Below, one piece after another: positions 20,408 through 29,687 of a stretch of 64,000 nucleotides of DNA. Each line of letters opens with the position of its first letter. Position 1 is the stretch's first letter. The stretch covers positions 844 to 64,843 of the forward strand of contig DATGOB010000251.1 of NCBI GenBank assembly GCA_036010205.1. Direction: 5' to 3'. Source of the DNA: Promicromonospora sp. Its GTDB lineage: Bacteria; Actinomycetota; Actinomycetes; Actinomycetales; Cellulomonadaceae. The notes under the pieces are model-generated. The model was not told where the DNA came from. It ran no database searches and saw nothing but the letters and a program-made list of their open reading frames with translations. The translations under genes and the position numbers were made by a program.

Positions 20408-21370
20408 ATGACCACCATCACCACGCGCGACGACGACGTCGCAGCAGGCACCCGCGCGACCGACGAGGAACCGCCCCGCAGGCGGTCCCGGCGTCGGCGA
20501 CCGAGCTGGGGCCGCGTGCTGGCCTGGGCGGCGCTCGGCGTCCTGCTGCTGGTCACGCTGTTCCCGTTCTACTGGATGCTGCGCACCGCGCTGTCGACGA
20601 ACACGGCGCTGTACGGCAGCCCGGGCAGCCTGCTCCCGGTCGAGCCGACCTGGGGCGCGTTCGAACGGGTGCTCGGCACCGCGACGCCGCAGGAGGCCGC
20701 CGCGGAGGGCGGGACGACCGGGTCGATCGACTTCTGGCTCTACCTGCGCAACTCCGTCGTCGTCGCCACGGCGATCACGCTCGGGCAGGTCTTCTTCTCC
20801 AGCCTGGCCGCCTACGCGTTCGCGCGGCTGCGGTGGCCCGGCCGGGACGCGGTGTTCTTCCTCTTCCTCACCGCGCTCATGATCCCGCCGATCTTCGTGC
20901 AGCTGCCCAACTTCATCCTCGTGCGCGACCTGGGGCTGCTGAACACCCTGACCGGCATCGTGCTGCCGTTCTTCTTCATGACGCCGTTCGCGGTGTTCTT
21001 CATGCGCCAGTTCTTCCTCGGCATCAGCCGGGAGGTCGAGGAGTCGGCGCGGATCGACGGCGCGGGGCACGGCCGGATCTTCTTCCAGATCATCCTGCCG
21101 ATGTCCAGCACGCCGCTGTTCACGCTCGGCCTGCTGACCTACGTCACGGCCTGGGGCGAGTACTTCTGGCCACTGCTGGTCGGGCGCGCGGACGAGTCGC
21201 GCGTGCTGACGGTGGCGCTGGGGATCTTCCGGTCGCAGACCCCGCAGACCGGCCCCGACTGGGCGGGACTCATGGCGGGCACGCTGATCGCGGCCCTGCC
21301 GGTGTTCGTCCTGTTCGTCGTCTTCGGACGCAAGCTCATCGACAACCTCGGCTACTCCGGCATCAAGTAG
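20408..21370 (+). CDS. ABC sugar permease (MalG-like)
   Basis: EVEESARIDGAG EAA loop, WGEYFWPL. Confidence 0.93.
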   Translation: MTTITTRDDDVAAGTRATDEEPPRRRSRRRRPSWGRVLAWAALGVLLLVTLFPFYWMLRTALSTNTALYGSPGSLLPVEPTWGAFERVLGTATPQEAAAEGGTTGSIDFWLYLRNSVVVATAITLGQVFFSSLAAYAFARLRWPGRDAVFFLFLTALMIPPIFVQLPNFILVRDLGLLNTLTGIVLPFFFMTPFAVFFMRQFFLGISREVEESARIDGAGHGRIFFQIILPMSSTPLFTLGLLTYVTAWGEYFWPLLVGRADESRVLTVALGIFRSQTPQTGPDWAGLMAGTLIAALPVFVLFVVFGRKLIDNLGYSGIK

Positions 21371-21372
21371 CC

Positions 21373-21409
21373 GGCATCACGCAACTGGCATCACGCAACT
21401 GGCATCACG
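21373..21409. repeat. Short tandem repeat, 14-bp unit x2.6
   Basis: GGCATCACGCAACT at 21373 and 21387, GGCATCACG at 21401. Confidence 0.9.
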
Positions 21410-21424
21410 ACAGAGAGGTCTGCC

Positions 21425-22774
21425 ATGAACCACCTGCCCCGACGGCGGCGCGCCCTCGCGCTGGCCGCCGTCCTGCCCGTGGCGCTCGCCGGGTGCGGCG
21501 CGTCCGGCGACACCGGCGCGTCCGGCGACTCGATCACGTACTGGCTGTGGGACACCAACCAGCAGCCCGCGTACGCACAGTGCGCCGCCGACTTCCAGGA
21601 GAAGACCGGCATCGAGGTCACCATCGAGCAGTACGGCTGGGCCGACTACTGGCAGGGCCTGACCACGGGTTTCGCCTCCAGCACCGCGCCCGACGTGTTC
21701 ACCGACCACCTGTCCTACTTCCCCGAGCTCGCCGCGCAGGGCCAGCTGCTGGACCTCGGCGACCGGATCGAGGAGGACGGGCTCGACCTGTCGATCTACC
21801 AGGACGGCCTCGCCGACCTGTGGGTCGGGCAGGACGGCGGCCGCTACGGCCTGCCGAAGGACTTCGACACCGTCGGCCTGTTCTACAGCGAGGAGGCGGT
21901 GGCCGACGCCGGGTACACGCCCGAGCAGCTCGCCGAGCTCGAGTGGAACCCCGACGACGGCGGCACGTTCGAAGAGCTGGTCGCCGCGCTGACCGTGGAC
22001 GAGGACGGCACCCGCGGCAACGAGCCCGGCTTCGACAAGGAGAACGTCGCCGTCTACGGTCTCGCCCTGAGCGGCAACGGCCTCAACGCGGCCGGCCAGC
22101 AGACCTGGGCGCCGTACGCCCTGAGCAACGACTGGTACTTCGGCGACACCACGCCGTGGACCACCGAGTGGAACTTCGACGACCCCCGGCTGGTCGAGAC
22201 GCTGACCTGGTACAAGCACCTCATCGACGAGGGGTACGTGCCGTCGGTCGACATCGCGCTCAGCGAGCAGGACCCGCTGAACGGCTACCTCGCCGGCCGC
22301 TACGCCGCCGTCACCGACGGGAGCTGGATGAACAGCTCCTACCTCGGTCAGGACGACGTGCCGACGAAGGCCGCGCCGACCCCGATCGGGCCCGGCGGCG
22401 AGCGGGCGAGCCTCTTCAACGGCCTGTCCGACGGCATCTGGGCGGGCACCGACAACCCGGACGGCGCCTGGGAGTGGGTCAAGTACCTCGCCTCCGCCGA
22501 CTGCCAGGACGTCATCGCCGAGTCCGCCGTCGTCTTCCCCGCGATCAAGACCTCCACGGAGAAGGCCGAGCAGGCCTTCGCCGACAAGGGCTGGGACGTG
22601 GACGCGTTCACCCGCCAGGTGGACGAGGGCACTACCGCCCTGCTGCCCATCGCCGACCACTGGTCGGAGACCAACGACACCGTCACCGCGGCCATCGAGG
22701 CGTTCCTCAAGGGAGCCCGCGGCCCGGAACAGCTCACCGAGGCCAACGACGCGGTGAACGCGTTGTTCGAGTGA
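21425..22774 (+). CDS. ABC sugar-binding lipoprotein
   Basis: Lipobox ALAGC; YGLPKDFDTVGLFY; SBP family 1 pattern. Confidence 0.92.
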   Translation: MNHLPRRRRALALAAVLPVALAGCGASGDTGASGDSITYWLWDTNQQPAYAQCAADFQEKTGIEVTIEQYGWADYWQGLTTGFASSTAPDVFTDHLSYFPELAAQGQLLDLGDRIEEDGLDLSIYQDGLADLWVGQDGGRYGLPKDFDTVGLFYSEEAVADAGYTPEQLAELEWNPDDGGTFEELVAALTVDEDGTRGNEPGFDKENVAVYGLALSGNGLNAAGQQTWAPYALSNDWYFGDTTPWTTEWNFDDPRLVETLTWYKHLIDEGYVPSVDIALSEQDPLNGYLAGRYAAVTDGSWMNSSYLGQDDVPTKAAPTPIGPGGERASLFNGLSDGIWAGTDNPDGAWEWVKYLASADCQDVIAESAVVFPAIKTSTEKAEQAFADKGWDVDAFTRQVDEGTTALLPIADHWSETNDTVTAAIEAFLKGARGPEQLTEANDAVNALFE

Positions 22775-22790
22775 CGGAGCCCGTCCTGCT

Positions 22791-22833
22791 GTCCGCACGT
22801 CCGTCCGCACGTCACATCAGCACGTCACATCAG
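22791..22833. repeat. Nested short duplications upstream of the GH39-like gene RBS
   Basis: GTCCGCACGTC x2 (12-bp period) and GCACGTCACATCA x2 (13-bp period) just before AAGGAG. Confidence 0.8.
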
Positions 22834-22841
22834 AAGGAGCG

Positions 22842-25523
22842 ATGATGGTCCACCTGATCCCCGTCCGCCTGATCTCCGCCCGGCGAAGAGCTGCCACCCG
22901 CGCTGCGGCCGTGGCCGGCTGCCTGGCCCTCGGAGGGAGCCTGCTCGTGGCGACCGCCCCCACCAGCGCCTTCGGCGCCGACGCCGCCGAGCAGGTGCGC
23001 GTCGACTTCTCCGCCCCGACCGGCGCCGTCCACGGCGGCGCCACCGGCGTCCTGTACGGGCTGTCGGACCACGAGGTGCCCACGACCGCCGTCGTCGCCG
23101 GGGCGGCGCCCCGCACGGTGACGCAGATGCCCGAGGGCGGTCTGCAGCACCCGAACGGCGGCGCCCTGAGCGTCTCCGAGACGTTCTTCGCCTCGGGCGG
23201 CGCCGACATCTACATCAACATCCAGGACTACTACCCCAAGTGGGGGTACGCGAACGCCGAGGACCCGCCGAACACGTACCCGGGGCAGGCCGACTTCCTG
23301 GACAAGGTCCGCACCGTCGTCGAGCGCGTCGCCCGCGAGGCCGACCCTGACGAGCTCGACCGGTACGTGTTCACGCCCTTCAACGAGCCCGACTGGATCT
23401 GGTACGGCGACTGGTCCGCCCAGCGCGAGCGGTTCCTCGCCGACTGGGAGGCGGCCTACGAGCTGATCCACGAGATCATCCCCGGCGCGCGCATCGCGGG
23501 CCTCGGCGAGGCCAACTACAACCCGCAGCGCGTCACCGACTTCATGACGTGGGCCGCCGAGCGCGACGTGCTGCCCGACATCATGACCTGGCACGAGCTG
23601 GACGGCGAGGACCTGGGGACGTTCTCCGGGCACCTGGAGCACTTCCGTGCGCTCGAGGAGTCCCTCGGCCTGCCCGAGACGCCGGTCAACATCACGGAGT
23701 ACTCGCCCTGGCGCAGCGACACCGGCGTGCCGGGCCGGATGATCCGCTGGATCTCCCTGTTCGAGACCCACAAGGTCGACGCCGAGATGGCCTACTGGAC
23801 CGCGGCGGGCAACCTCAGCGACCACACCTCCCGCACCCAGGGCGGCAACGGTGCCTGGTGGCTGCTCAAGTGGTACGGCGACCTGGCGGGGCAGACCGTG
23901 GACATGACCGTCCCCCGGCCGGAGACGCCCGGGACGCTGCAGGGCCTCGCCGCCCTCGACGAGGACCGGCGCAAGGGCACCGTCCTGCTCGGCGGCACCG
24001 ACCAGGCCGTCACCGTCGACGTCGAAGGGCTCGCACCCTCGGTGTTCGGCAAGGAGGTCGACGTCCGCCTCGAGCGCACCCGGTTCACCGGCCAGGAGGG
24101 CCTCGGCGGTGCGCCGCAGACCCTCTCGGTCGAGCGCGTGCGGGTCGGCGCGGACGGCGGGCTCGACGTCGACGTGCCGGCGGGCACCGAGATGGACGCC
24201 TACCAGGTGACGATCACGCCGTCGGCCAAGGGGGCGGTCCCGGCGGCGGACGCGGCCTGGTCGCAGAGGACCGAGGCCGAGGCGATGCGGCTGGACGGCG
24301 GGGCGTACGCCGCCACGCAGGAGGGCACCTATGCGACGTCCGGCGGCCGGGACGTGCGCGGCCTGACCACCGCGGCGGGCAGCCTGACCTGGGACGTCGA
24401 CGTGCCCGAGGCGGGCACCTACCGGCTCGACGTCTACCACGGCACCGGCGCAGCGGTCCCCGGGCAGGACAGGAGCCGCACCTCGGGGCGGCACGCGCTG
24501 TACGTCGGTGACCGACTCGACCAGGTCGTCCAGTACACCTCGACCCTCACCGACACCTACAAGGGCCTGACCAGCGTGCTCGTCGAGCTCCCTGCCGGCA
24601 CCTCGACGCTGTCCCTGCGCACCAGCGCCGACGACGGCGCCACCGCGCTGCCGGGCAGCGACCTCGCGATCGACGTCGTCGACCTCGTCGCCGTCGACGG
24701 GCCCGAGACGTCGTCCTACCCGGCGTCGTCCGCGCGGACCACCGGTGAGGCGACCGTCCGCCCGTCCGACGGCGGGCGGCTCCACCTCGCACCCGGCGCG
24801 CGGGCCGAGTTCTTCGTCGTCGCCCAGGAGGACGGCTACTACACGCTCGACGTCGACACCGGCTCGGCCGCGGGCGGTGGCGCCTACGGGCTCGCCGTCG
24901 ACGGCCGTGCGATCGAGGGTGCCGCCACCCGGCCGGGCCGCGACGGGCGCACCACCGTGACCCTCCACCTCGGCCGCGGCATGCACCAGGTGCACGTCAC
25001 CGCGGAGCGCCGGCTCGGCGTCGACGGGCTGCGGCTCACCCGGGACACCGCCGCCGACGAGCACGCCACCGTCGTCCAGGCGGAGGACCCGTCCGTGCGG
25101 CGCAGCGAAGGGGTGACGGTCGAGACCCCGCCCGCGGCGTCGGGCTCGAACGTCCAGGGCGAGTACGTCGGGTGGCTGACCGCCGGGCGGACGATCACCG
25201 TCCCGCGTCCGTCCGGCGCCGCGCCGGGTGACTACGACATCGGGCTCACCTACGCGAACGCCGACAAGTTCACCGGGCACCCCTACAACGCGGACATCAT
25301 CTCCCGCACGGCCGACATCCACGAGGAGGGCTCCGACACCACGAGCACCGTCGCGTACCAGCACACCTACAGCGACTACAGCTTCTGGACCCGGACGACC
25401 CCGCTGCGGCTGACCACGGCGGACGGCGACATCGTGATCGGCAACCCCGACGGCGACGCGCCGAACATCGACGCGGTGACGATCGCCCCGTTCGTCGTCG
25501 CCGTCACCACCACCCCCCGCTGA
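22842..25523 (+). CDS. Secreted clan GH-A (GH39-like) glycoside hydrolase with C-terminal CBM35/CBM6-like domains
   Basis: Signal peptide; PFNEPDW (acid/base), TWHEL, NITEY (nucleophile); repeated EAEA/QAED-initiated beta-sandwich modules ending PNIDAVTI. Confidence 0.75.
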   Translation: MMVHLIPVRLISARRRAATRAAAVAGCLALGGSLLVATAPTSAFGADAAEQVRVDFSAPTGAVHGGATGVLYGLSDHEVPTTAVVAGAAPRTVTQMPEGGLQHPNGGALSVSETFFASGGADIYINIQDYYPKWGYANAEDPPNTYPGQADFLDKVRTVVERVAREADPDELDRYVFTPFNEPDWIWYGDWSAQRERFLADWEAAYELIHEIIPGARIAGLGEANYNPQRVTDFMTWAAERDVLPDIMTWHELDGEDLGTFSGHLEHFRALEESLGLPETPVNITEYSPWRSDTGVPGRMIRWISLFETHKVDAEMAYWTAAGNLSDHTSRTQGGNGAWWLLKWYGDLAGQTVDMTVPRPETPGTLQGLAALDEDRRKGTVLLGGTDQAVTVDVEGLAPSVFGKEVDVRLERTRFTGQEGLGGAPQTLSVERVRVGADGGLDVDVPAGTEMDAYQVTITPSAKGAVPAADAAWSQRTEAEAMRLDGGAYAATQEGTYATSGGRDVRGLTTAAGSLTWDVDVPEAGTYRLDVYHGTGAAVPGQDRSRTSGRHALYVGDRLDQVVQYTSTLTDTYKGLTSVLVELPAGTSTLSLRTSADDGATALPGSDLAIDVVDLVAVDGPETSSYPASSARTTGEATVRPSDGGRLHLAPGARAEFFVVAQEDGYYTLDVDTGSAAGGGAYGLAVDGRAIEGAATRPGRDGRTTVTLHLGRGMHQVHVTAERRLGVDGLRLTRDTAADEHATVVQAEDPSVRRSEGVTVETPPAASGSNVQGEYVGWLTAGRTITVPRPSGAAPGDYDIGLTYANADKFTGHPYNADIISRTADIHEEGSDTTSTVAYQHTYSDYSFWTRTTPLRLTTADGDIVIGNPDGDAPNIDAVTIAPFVVAVTTTPR

Positions 25524-25535
25524 CCCCACCACCCA

Positions 25536-25651
25536 CCACCCAACCCCGCCGAGGTAGTCATCTGGCGAGGTAGTCATGTGGCGAGGTAGTCATGTGGCGC
25601 GCTGCGTGACTACCTCGCTGCGTGACTACCTCGCCACGTGACTACCTCGGC
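25536..25651. repeat. Repeat array C: 3 direct + 3 inverted 16-bp-period units
   Basis: CGAGGTAGTCA at 25550, 25566, 25582; TGACTACCTCG at 25607, 25623, 25639; C-rich left flank. Confidence 0.95.
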
Positions 25652-25719
25652 GGGTGGGTGACGTAGGGTTTCGGGCGGCCCGGGATCTCGGGTTCTTCGC
25701 GCTCCCGGAGGTGCCCGCT

Positions 25720-26277
25720 GTGTCGTACGTCGTCCGCCGCGCCTCCTCGTCGGAGCTGGACCACGCGGCGCGCGTGCTCGCCGCTGCGTTCGACGACTAC
25801 CCGTGGACGCGATGGGCGTTGCCCGCCACTGGATACCGGGAGCGCCTCGAGGAGGTCCAGCGCCTGTACCTGGGCCACGCCGCGGACCACGGGACGGTGC
25901 TGGTCGACGACGGTCTGCGCGCGGTCGCAGCCCTCCTGCCGCCGGACGCGCCGGAGCCCGCCGAGGCGGTCGCGCACCGCGTGGCAGAGCTGCACGGGCA
26001 GCGGTGGGCGTCGCTCGCGGCGCTCGATCTCCCGACGCTGCCGCCCGACGCGTGGGTACTGGCGACCGTCGGGGTGGACCCGGCGCACCGCGGAGCCGGG
26101 CTCGGGACGGCGGTGGTGCGCGCGGGGCTGACGGTCGCCGACGAGGCGGGCGCGCCGGTCGGTCTGGAGACGTCGGACGAACGCAACGTGCGCCTGTACG
26201 AGCGGCTGGGGTTCGCGACGGTCGCTGTCACGCAGGTTCCGGACGGTCCGGTCGTCCACACGATGATCCGTGCCTGA
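25720..26277 (+). CDS. GNAT N-acetyltransferase (puromycin-acetyltransferase-like), flanked by arrays C and D
   Basis: GTG 25720 after GGAGGT; LATVGVDPAHRGAGLG acetyl-CoA motif, LETSDERNVRLYERLGF; the stop TGA is the first base triplet of array D. Confidence 0.9.
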   Translation: MSYVVRRASSSELDHAARVLAAAFDDYPWTRWALPATGYRERLEEVQRLYLGHAADHGTVLVDDGLRAVAALLPPDAPEPAEAVAHRVAELHGQRWASLAALDLPTLPPDAWVLATVGVDPAHRGAGLGTAVVRAGLTVADEAGAPVGLETSDERNVRLYERLGFATVAVTQVPDGPVVHTMIRA

Positions 26278-26330
26278 CTACTTCGCCAGATGACTACTTC
26301 GCCAGGTGACTACCTCGCGGGTTTGGGTGG
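26275..26330. repeat. Repeat array D: 3 units, half element with G-rich tail
   Basis: TGACTACTTCG at 26275 and 26291, TGACTACCTCG at 26307, then GCGGGTTTGGGTGG. Confidence 0.92.
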
Positions 26331-26358
26331 GCGGCTCCTGCCGGAGGAGGAGCCGCCC
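26329..26358. terminator. Hairpin, likely terminator between convergent GNAT and lipase genes
   Basis: GGGCGGCTCCT-8nt-AGGAGCCGCCC, a perfect 11-bp stem. Confidence 0.65.
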
Positions 26359-26369
26359 TGCCCGGTCTG

Positions 26370-27386
26370 TCAGTCGCGCGAGCCGGACCTCACCCACGCG
26401 TCGTAGTCGACCCCCTTCTGCTTCGCCAGCGTGCGCAGTCGTTCCTCGGTCGGCGGCTGGAAGAGCTTCGGCGTGATGTGCCGGTCCTGCGCGGCGTACG
26501 TCCGCTGGAGCGCGGCCTGCTCGGCGGCGTCGTCCTGCGCCGCGGCGAGGACGGCGGGCGTCGCGGCCGCACTCGTGCCGGTCAGCACCCCGCTGACCAG
26601 CGGCAGGTAGCCCTCCGAGTGGCCCAGGCGGTTGGGGTGGTACGACTCACGGATCGGGTTGGAGAACCCGTTGATCCACTCCGTCGAGTCGCACACCGCG
26701 TGACCGGTGAACCGGCTGACGGGGTTGACGAACGTGAAGCCCCTGGCGGAGGCCGCCGAGGCGATGACGGAGTTGATGAGCACGACGGCGTCGTTCAGCG
26801 CCGCCTCGTCCTCCGGGCTGAAGAAGGTCGCGAGGTTGCAGTCCTCGCCCATGAAGATCTTCGGGTAGCCCACGACGACGACCTTGGCGTTGGGTGCCTT
26901 CGTCCGGATCCCGGAGTACAGCGTGCTGAGCCGGCCCGGGAGCGTGCCGTTGATGAACGAGCGCGCGCCCGCGACGGCGCCGGCACAGTCGCTGGCCCAC
27001 GCGGGCAGCGCGCACTCGGTGAGGACGTCGGCGAAGCCGGCGTCGTTGCCGCCCACCGAGATGGTCACGAACCGGGTGCTCGAGCTGAGCGCGCTGAGCT
27101 GGGTGTTCTGCACGTCGGCCACGACGGCGCCCGAGCAGGCGCGGAAGTTGAGCGTGTAGTTCTTGGCCGCCGCGGTGAGGCTGGCGTAGGCGTAGGTCGA
27201 CCGCAGGCACTCGGTCCCGTCGTCGATGTACGTCCTCGTCCCGGTGCCCGAGGAGTAGGAGTCGCCGAGGGCGACGTAGGACTCGCCGGCGGCGTGCGAC
27301 GGCTGGGCCGGTGACGTCACGAGTCCGATGGTGGCCAGGCTGGTCGCCGCGATGGCTCCGACGATGCGTAACAGGTGTCGCTTCAT
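26370..27386 (-). CDS. Secreted SGNH/GDSL lipase/esterase
   Basis: Signal peptide; YVALGDSYSSG, SVGGNDAGF, ESYHPN. Confidence 0.92.
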   Translation of the reverse strand: MKRHLLRIVGAIAATSLATIGLVTSPAQPSHAAGESYVALGDSYSSGTGTRTYIDDGTECLRSTYAYASLTAAAKNYTLNFRACSGAVVADVQNTQLSALSSSTRFVTISVGGNDAGFADVLTECALPAWASDCAGAVAGARSFINGTLPGRLSTLYSGIRTKAPNAKVVVVGYPKIFMGEDCNLATFFSPEDEAALNDAVVLINSVIASAASARGFTFVNPVSRFTGHAVCDSTEWINGFSNPIRESYHPNRLGHSEGYLPLVSGVLTGTSAAATPAVLAAAQDDAAEQAALQRTYAAQDRHITPKLFQPPTEERLRTLAKQKGVDYDAWVRSGSRD

Positions 27387-27505
27387 GAACAGGCACCCCC
27401 GCTGGTTCGTCAGGTCACTCCTGATGACCCGATCCGTACCTTTATAGGGGCCTGCACCCTATTTACACAATGTTCGTCAATAAACTGGTAAAGATTCCTT
27501 GCTGG

Positions 27506-28162
27506 TCACGGAGTCAGTCCGGCGCGGTCGGCGAGCACGGCGAGCTCCGCCCGGCTGGTCAGGCCCAGCTTCGTGAGCGACCGCGTGACGTGCGCCTTGA
27601 CGGTGTTCTCGGACATGCCCAGCCGGGTGCCGATCTGCTGGTTCGTCCAGGCCGCGACGTGCGCGGCGACCGTGCGCTCGCGCTCGGTGAGCTCCTCGAG
27701 GCGGGCGCGTGCCTCGGCGACGCGGTCGTGGGTCTCGGGCGCCGTCGTCATGCGCTGGATGACGAGGGCGGCGGCGTCGGGCCCGAGCGCGCCTCCGCCC
27801 TCGGCCACGGCGCGCAGGTGGCCCGCGAGCGTGGCCGGGTCGTCGTCCTTCGACAGGAAGCCGGCGGCGCCGGCCTGGATCGCCCGCAGGACGGCGTCCT
27901 CGGTGCCGTAGCCCGTGAGCGCCACGAAGCGGGGCGCACCGGGCAGCGCGGCGTTGCGCCGGATCGCCTCGACGCCGTCGACACGCCGCATCTGCAGGTC
28001 GACCAGCACGATGTCCGGCCGGTGCTCCGCGACGGCGGCAGGCACCTCGTCGCCGTCGCTCGCCTCGCCGACCACCTCGATCTGCTGGGCGGTCAGGATC
28101 GAGCAGATCATGGTGCGGGCGAAGGAGTCGTCGTCGACGATCAGCACTCTGGTCACGGTCAT
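27506..28162 (-). CDS. Response regulator, NarL/LuxR family
   Basis: VLIVDDD, DIVLVDLQMRRVDG, GAAGFLSK; C-terminal HTH LTERE...ENTVKAHV. Confidence 0.93.
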   Translation of the reverse strand: MTVTRVLIVDDDSFARTMICSILTAQQIEVVGEASDGDEVPAAVAEHRPDIVLVDLQMRRVDGVEAIRRNAALPGAPRFVALTGYGTEDAVLRAIQAGAAGFLSKDDDPATLAGHLRAVAEGGGALGPDAAALVIQRMTTAPETHDRVAEARARLEELTERERTVAAHVAAWTNQQIGTRLGMSENTVKAHVTRSLTKLGLTSRAELAVLADRAGLTP

Positions 28163-28194
28163 ACGGTAGGCGCGGGGTCTGACATCCCCGGTGG

Positions 28195-29466
28195 TCAGGC
28201 GTGATGCCAGGGCAGGCGGGCGTCGACGACCCAGCGGCCCTCGACCGGCCCCGCCGTCAGCGAGCCGCCGAGTGCCTGGGCGCGCTCGGTCATGCCCGTG
28301 ATCCCCGACCGGGTGCCGGCCGCGGGCGTCGCGCCGCCGTCGGGCAGCGCGTTGCGGACCGTGAGGGTGACGCCGACGGCGGGTGCACCGCGCAGCACGA
28401 TGTCGATCGGCAGGCCGGGCGCGTGCTTGAGCGCGTTGGTCACCGACTCCTGCACGATCCGGTAGCAGGCCCGGGTCAGCACGGTCGCGGCCGTGTGCCC
28501 CTCGGAGACCAGGACCGTGCTGTTGATGCGCGCGCCCTGGTCGTGCAGCGAGAGCAGCAGGCCGCCGAGGTCGTCGAAGGAGACGGGCGTCAGGCCGTCC
28601 GCGCCCGTGCGCAGCGTGGTGAGCACCCCGCGCAGCTCGGTGCCGGCCTGGCGGGCCGACGCACGGATGCGGGCCGCGGCGTCGCGCACCTCGATGGACG
28701 TGCCCGCGGCGGTCTCGAGGACCGACGCCTGCAGCGCGATCTGGGACAGCGAGTGGGCGACGGTGTCGTGCACCTCGCGCGCGATCTCGTCGCGCTCGGT
28801 CTGGCGCGTGATCCGGTCCTGCAGCACCGCGGTCTCCGCCGAGTGCTGCTCGGTGAGGGTGACGACGGCGCGACGCCCCGCGACGGCCCGCCGCCAGAAC
28901 CCGATGCCGACCGAGAACCCCAGGGCGAGCACACCGAGCACGACGTAGACAGGAGCGGGCAGCACGCCGTCGACCTGCCCGGTGACCGGGTCCCGGAGCG
29001 TGAAGAGCCGGTACTCCTCGGCCAGCGAGAGCTGACGCCACGTCGCGGCGGTGACGGCAGCGGCCACCGCGGCCGTGCAGCCGGCCACGGCTCGCGTCGA
29101 GCGCTGTGCGAACACCGCGGGCAGGCAGACGAGCGGGGTGACCGCGTCGTACGGGAGCAGGAGCGACAGGGCGCTGGTGGCGAGCACCACCGAGACGGGT
29201 GCGACGTTCCGGAGGAAGACGGTCCACGGGACCAGGAAGGCGACGAGCATCCCCACCAGCGACAGCGGCAGCGGAGTGACCGTGGCCGCGTCGAGGCCGG
29301 CGGGGCGGCCGGTCATGTCGAGGTAGACGACCGCGAGGCACGAGCTCGCGAAGCACAGGGCCACGAGGGCCAGCGAGCCGATCACGCTCCACACGGAGGG
29401 CGCGATCCTCCGCAGGAACGTGGTCGGCGAGGTGTCCGCCTGGTGCGGGACGTACGGCGGATACAT
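28195..29466 (-). CDS. Membrane sensor histidine kinase (HisKA_3)
   Basis: N-terminal TM helices; IAREVHDTVAHSLS; VQESVTNALKHA; GITGMTERA. Confidence 0.93.
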   Translation of the reverse strand: MYPPYVPHQADTSPTTFLRRIAPSVWSVIGSLALVALCFASSCLAVVYLDMTGRPAGLDAATVTPLPLSLVGMLVAFLVPWTVFLRNVAPVSVVLATSALSLLLPYDAVTPLVCLPAVFAQRSTRAVAGCTAAVAAAVTAATWRQLSLAEEYRLFTLRDPVTGQVDGVLPAPVYVVLGVLALGFSVGIGFWRRAVAGRRAVVTLTEQHSAETAVLQDRITRQTERDEIAREVHDTVAHSLSQIALQASVLETAAGTSIEVRDAAARIRASARQAGTELRGVLTTLRTGADGLTPVSFDDLGGLLLSLHDQGARINSTVLVSEGHTAATVLTRACYRIVQESVTNALKHAPGLPIDIVLRGAPAVGVTLTVRNALPDGGATPAAGTRSGITGMTERAQALGGSLTAGPVEGRWVVDARLPWHHA

Positions 29467-29687
29467 ATCGGTGAGGCTATGTCGCGCGCGGGTGCCGCCG
29501 CGTCGTCGGACCGGGTGATCTTGCCGGGCCCGATCGGGTGGGCGGTGCACACCGGATCGGGCGATGTGCGCGGGGCGGCGCTCCGGGGAGGGTGGTGCCA
29601 CCGGCGCGGTCCAGGCCCTCAGACGCCGCGGTCCCCAGAACCGCAGGGCCGCGCCGGGCCATCCCAGACCTCATCGTTGGAGTCCTC

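Noticed and set aside
16143-25577. Very long alternative-frame ORFs (16143..19514 -, 19327..22845 +, 22830..25577 -)
   Set aside because: Arg/Gly/Pro-rich shadow frames of recognisable GH36, ABC and GH39 genes, an expected artefact of high GC3.
15382-26330. 16-bp repeat arrays as CRISPR arrays
   Set aside because: Only about 5 variable bases separate the units, there are no 25-45-bp spacers, the arrays are internally inverted, and no cas genes are in the window.
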